Translations under genes and position numbers: made by a program
In this document: one piece after another, positions 60,984 to 64,000 of the stretch
Layout: each line of letters opens with the position of its first letter
Numbering within the stretch: position 1 is the stretch's first letter
NCBI GenBank assembly: GCA_002070605.1
Contig: MWDO01000002.1
Span: 40,723-104,722 of the forward strand
Length of the DNA stretch: 64,000 nt
DNA from: Spirochaetes bacterium ADurb.Bin133
GTDB lineage: Bacteria > Spirochaetota > GWE2-31-10 > MWDO01
Direction: 5' to 3'
The notes under the pieces: model-generated
What the model saw: the letters and a program-made list of their open reading frames with translations, nothing else
Told to the model about the DNA's origin: nothing
Database searches by the model: none

Positions 60984-61499
60984 TTACGCGCAGTAAACGT
61001 ATCTGGGATAATTTTCGATTACGAGGGCGTATAACAGCTGTTTTCGAGCGGTTATATTCAACAGTTGTGTCATTTTACCCAAAAAGTCGTTTTTCAACTT
61101 ATCAATCCTTAATTTCTTGCCAACAAGCTCAAGAAATCCTTCCAACCCGTGTTTTGTAACGCCGTTATAAAAAAACAGTATAATATCTCGAACCGTCGAA
61201 GCCATACCGAATTCGTTATAAAAATAATGCCATCTTTTAAGTTGTATATAGTCCGCTTCGCTGATCCTAAGGTATTTATCCAACCTTTTATCGTCGGAGC
61301 TATCTATAACGGAGTATTCGGAGCGATGATTTCCTATTATTCTTTTCATTTTTGGCATTTTTTTGTTAATAAGGCGAAACATCGTTTCAAACAGTTTACT
61401 GAACGTATTAATTTTGAACTCTTTTAGTAAGAAATCTATGACGTTACTATTCATAGATTCAGACACTATAAAGTGAAATAAATGTTTTTTGTTTTTCAT
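60984..61499 (-). CDS. hypothetical protein, paralog family (171 aa), copy B
   Basis: about 90% aa identity to ORF 5168-5683 including identical MKNKKHLFHFIVSESMN N-terminus; same SD and leader. Confidence 0.7.
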   Translation of the reverse strand: MKNKKHLFHFIVSESMNSNVIDFLLKEFKINTFSKLFETMFRLINKKMPKMKRIIGNHRSEYSVIDSSDDKRLDKYLRISEADYIQLKRWHYFYNEFGMASTVRDIILFFYNGVTKHGLEGFLELVGKKLRIDKLKNDFLGKMTQLLNITARKQLLYALVIENYPRYVYCA

Positions 61500-61559
61500 A
61501 AAATTTTCTCCTTTTTCTTTTATATATATAACAACTAAAAGTAGAAAATTCTTTACAAA

Positions 61560-61650
61560 AACTCGGATAATTTTTTAGAAAATAACAAATATTTTGCTAG
61601 TTAAAACTATTTGTTCCATATGTGTCAATTTCTTTCCTCAAGAAACCTAC
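61560..61650 (-). promoter_or_regulatory. partial repeat copy 6 with candidate promoter for ORF 60984-61499 (TTGACA at 61623-61628, minus strand)
   Basis: reverse complement reads GAAATTGACACATATGGAACAAATAGTTTTAAC then a 100-nt leader almost identical to 5069-5167. Confidence 0.5.
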
Positions 61651-61754
61651 GGAACGCAAATCAAAAACAGAAATTAACTTTAATTTGAAATTAAGATATG
61701 CATTAAATATCCATATATAATAAGCGTATTTATAACGAGGGTAATTATCGTTTG

Positions 61755-62336
61755 TTAGAGTTTATCTTTTTCGCTAAAAACTATAGCCGTATAAGTTTCA
61801 ATAGACAAGTTGTTTTTTTTCCACTCCTGCGGATCTATCATAGCTTTCATACATAAATTAGAAAAAAAATCGTCAAAGTTTGGAAGTTGTTCCCATACCT
61901 GAGGTAAGAAAGTGGCAGAGTTCATTCCTTTTTTAATAATTACTCCGTCTTTATATGGAACAATTAAATTATATAACTCTTTATAATTTTCGTACTCAAC
62001 TTTTTTAGGCGGAGTTAAAATACTAATTTCAATACAAACGTCATTAATTTCTTCCGGGGACAACGGATTAAATCTATAATCGGAATAAGCGGCGTTATAG
62101 GCGTTTTCAATAACCGTTTGATAGATAGGAAATTCTGGAGCGATGTATCCGATGCAACCGCGGAGTTTGCCGTTTTTATGTAAAGTAACAAAACCTCCTC
62201 CATTACTTTTTAAATCTTTTGAAAGATCTTCAATCTCTTTTTTAGAGAGCCATATCTTTCGAGACTTAGTTTTAATTGTTTCTCTAGCTAAATGCAATAA
62301 ATATTTTTTACTTTCATTTGAAATAGTATTGTTCAT
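61755..62336 (-). CDS. AMMECR1 domain protein
   Basis: LRGCIGY motif and PYKDG region; 193 aa. Confidence 0.75.
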   Translation of the reverse strand: MNNTISNESKKYLLHLARETIKTKSRKIWLSKKEIEDLSKDLKSNGGGFVTLHKNGKLRGCIGYIAPEFPIYQTVIENAYNAAYSDYRFNPLSPEEINDVCIEISILTPPKKVEYENYKELYNLIVPYKDGVIIKKGMNSATFLPQVWEQLPNFDDFFSNLCMKAMIDPQEWKKNNLSIETYTAIVFSEKDKL

Positions 62337-62394
62337 AAATTTATCCTTAAGAGCGAAGATGTATCTATTATACCATATTTAACGACATATTTAT

Positions 62395-62438
62395 CTTTAT
62401 AGTTTAAATGTTTCACGTGAAACATTTAAACTATAAAG
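62395..62438. repeat. perfect 44-bp palindrome centred on CACGTG (arms extend to about 29 bp if the MITE insertion is removed)
   Basis: CTTTATAGTTTAAATGTTTCAC|GTGAAACATTTAAACTATAAAG read directly. Confidence 0.8.
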
Positions 62439-62547
62439 TGTCCCGTCAGTTTTTTGGGGAATAGAAAATATCTGTTTCATATGTGTCAATTTTTTTGAGA
62501 CAGACTCGCGTTATCCATTTCTTTACCCCAAAAAACTGACGGATTAC
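62439..62547. mobile_element. MITE-like repeat copy 7 (long variant) flanked by 10-bp direct repeat AACTATAAAG
   Basis: TGTCCCGTCAGTTTTTTGGGG ... CCCCAAAAAACTGACGGATTAC; direct repeats at 62429-62438 and 62548-62557. Confidence 0.75.
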
Positions 62548-62567
62548 AACTATAAAGATAAATACTC

Positions 62568-62596
62568 TTGACATTTGGGTAAAAAGAAATTATTAT
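62568..62596 (+). promoter_or_regulatory. sigma70-like promoter for serS TTGACA-N17-TATTAT
   Basis: read directly, 33 nt upstream of the serS ATG. Confidence 0.5.
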
Positions 62597-62628
62597 TGTG
62601 AAAATTTTTACGTTTAAGGAATATATAT

Positions 62629-63897
62629 ATGGTTGATATAAAATATATAAAAGAGAATGCGGATCTAGTCAAAAAAAATGCGGTCGACAGAAATGTCAAA
62701 ATTGACGTTGATAAAATTCTGGTTTTATATGAGAAAAAAGTTAACGCGCAGATAAAAGCCGACGGATTAAGGCAAAAAAGAAACGAAAATTCGCTAAAGA
62801 TGAAGAGTCAGCTTAGCCCGGGAGAGAGGTTAAAACTTGTAGAAGAAGGGAAGGAATTTAAAAATGCGATTTCCGTATGCGAAGAAGAAGAAAGAAAATT
62901 AGAAAGAGAACTGAATGAAGAGCTAAATAAAGTTCCAAATATGACGCACGAAACTACGCCGATAGGCAAAACGGATAAAGATAGTAAAGAATTAAGAAAA
63001 GTTGGGAAAATAAGAAATTTCAACTTTAAACCAAAAGACCACGTTGAGATAGGGCAAGATTTGGATTTAATTGATTTTGATAACGCTTCAATAGTATCGG
63101 GGCAGAAATTTTATTATTTGAAAAACGAAGGGGCGTTATTGGAATTGGCTTTGACGCAATATGGAATAAAAAAGTTAATAGAAAAAGGATTTACTCCTTA
63201 CTTGACTCCGGATTTGGCTAAAAATACAATTCTTGAGGGTATTGGTTTTAATCCTAGAGGAGATGAAACTAATATATATTCTATAGAGAACACAGATTTA
63301 TGTCTGGTTGGAACCGCTGAAATTACTCTTGGAGGATTATATTATAACAAGTTATTAAAAGAGGAAGATCTCCCGATAAAGATGGTTGGATTTAGTCACT
63401 GTTTTAGAACGGAAGCCGGAGCGGCCGGTCAGGCGACAAAAGGATTATATAGGGTTCATCAGTTTAGTAAAATTGAAATGTTTGTTATTTGTAAACCTGA
63501 AGATTCGGACGATATGCTTGAGTTTTTAAGAAATATTGAGGAAGAGATATATCAAGAAATAGGAATACCATACAGAGTTTTAGACGTAGCGTCGGGGGAT
63601 TTGGGCAATCCCGCTTATAAAAAATACGACTTAGAAGCATGGATGCCGGGAAGAAACGATTATGGCGAAATAACGTCGACTTCAAATTGTACCGACTTCC
63701 AATCGAGAAGATTAAATATCAAATATAAAAACACCGAAGGTAAAAATATTTTTGTTCATATGTTGAATGGAACGGTAATTGCGGTTCCAAGAGTTATTAT
63801 TTCGATTTTGGAAAATTTTCAAAATGAAGATGGAACTATAGATATACCAAAGATATTAATACCTTACATAGGTAAAGATAAAATAACAAAGAGATAG
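62629..63897 (+). CDS. serS: serine--tRNA ligase
   Basis: N-terminal coiled-coil arm, class II motifs (FRTEAGAAG, GRNDYGEITSTSNC); 422 aa. Confidence 0.92.
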   Translation: MVDIKYIKENADLVKKNAVDRNVKIDVDKILVLYEKKVNAQIKADGLRQKRNENSLKMKSQLSPGERLKLVEEGKEFKNAISVCEEEERKLERELNEELNKVPNMTHETTPIGKTDKDSKELRKVGKIRNFNFKPKDHVEIGQDLDLIDFDNASIVSGQKFYYLKNEGALLELALTQYGIKKLIEKGFTPYLTPDLAKNTILEGIGFNPRGDETNIYSIENTDLCLVGTAEITLGGLYYNKLLKEEDLPIKMVGFSHCFRTEAGAAGQATKGLYRVHQFSKIEMFVICKPEDSDDMLEFLRNIEEEIYQEIGIPYRVLDVASGDLGNPAYKKYDLEAWMPGRNDYGEITSTSNCTDFQSRRLNIKYKNTEGKNIFVHMLNGTVIAVPRVIISILENFQNEDGTIDIPKILIPYIGKDKITKR

Positions 63898-63900
63898 CTC

Positions 63901-64000
63901 ATGGAAAAAAAAGAACAACTTGAATCATTGTATTGGGAAGTTAAAAACTGTTCTAAATGTAAACTATACAGAGGAAGAAATAATCTTGTATTTGGAACAG
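63901..64000 (+). CDS. family 4 uracil-DNA glycosylase (5' partial, continues beyond window)
   Basis: N-terminus LYWEVKNCSKCKLYRGRNNLVFGT matches the UDG4 C-x2-C-L-x5-N-x-V-F-G pattern. Confidence 0.6.
   Translation, partial: MEKKEQLESLYWEVKNCSKCKLYRGRNNLVFGT

Noticed and set aside
1-64000. Search for CRISPR arrays, tRNA/rRNA genes and integrase or transposase genes
   Set aside because: No regularly spaced direct repeats with unique spacers were found. No GC-rich 75-90-nt blocks with T-loop GTTCGAATC-type signatures were seen in intergenic regions. No recombinase-like ORF was found. The MITE-like repeats are therefore non-autonomous within this window.

Overview
This is 64 kb of AT-rich (about 30% GC by eye), densely coding bacterial chromosome. 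It ends in the replication-origin neighbourhood: murA-rdgB | dnaA-dnaN-recF-DUF721 | rpmH-rnpA-yidD-yidC-jag | radA, then serS. The first 48 kb is housekeeping and metabolic: fba, add, rny, queCED, ridA, cdd, smc, rimO, thrC, argF, htrA, asnA-asnS and dapL, plus a GH31 alpha-glucosidase and a GH13 alpha-amylase. Lipoprotein, secreted and hypothetical genes are interspersed. No rRNA, tRNA or CRISPR array was found by eye. The main unexplained signal is a dispersed intergenic repeat family of about 90-110 bp with at least 8 copies. Each copy is bounded by roughly 17-22 bp terminal inverted repeats of the form CCGTCAGTTTTTTGGGG ... CCCCAAAAAACTGACGG. Each carries a conserved core, AAATATTTGTTCCATATGTGTCA, whose reverse complement reads as a sigma70-like promoter (TTGACA-N17-TTTAAT) pointing outward. 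At least three copies are flanked by 8-10 bp direct repeats, which look like target-site duplications, so this is a MITE-like element. One copy interrupts a pre-existing long perfect palindrome. Two copies show the core in opposite orientation relative to distinguishable TIR tips, hinting that the core may invert. A half-copy of the element heads a duplicated cassette of about 660 bp. That cassette encodes a 171-aa protein of unknown function and is present twice, on opposite strands, at about 89% identity. The window also holds an rnpA gene broken by a frameshift in an A10 homopolymer, and an rpmH gene missing from the ORF track. AT-rich palindromes flank dnaA and are candidate oriC sequence. 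Several uncharacterised operons are noted. No recognisable defence or mobile-island gene set is present. The novelty is the repeat family and its possible promoter or switch function.
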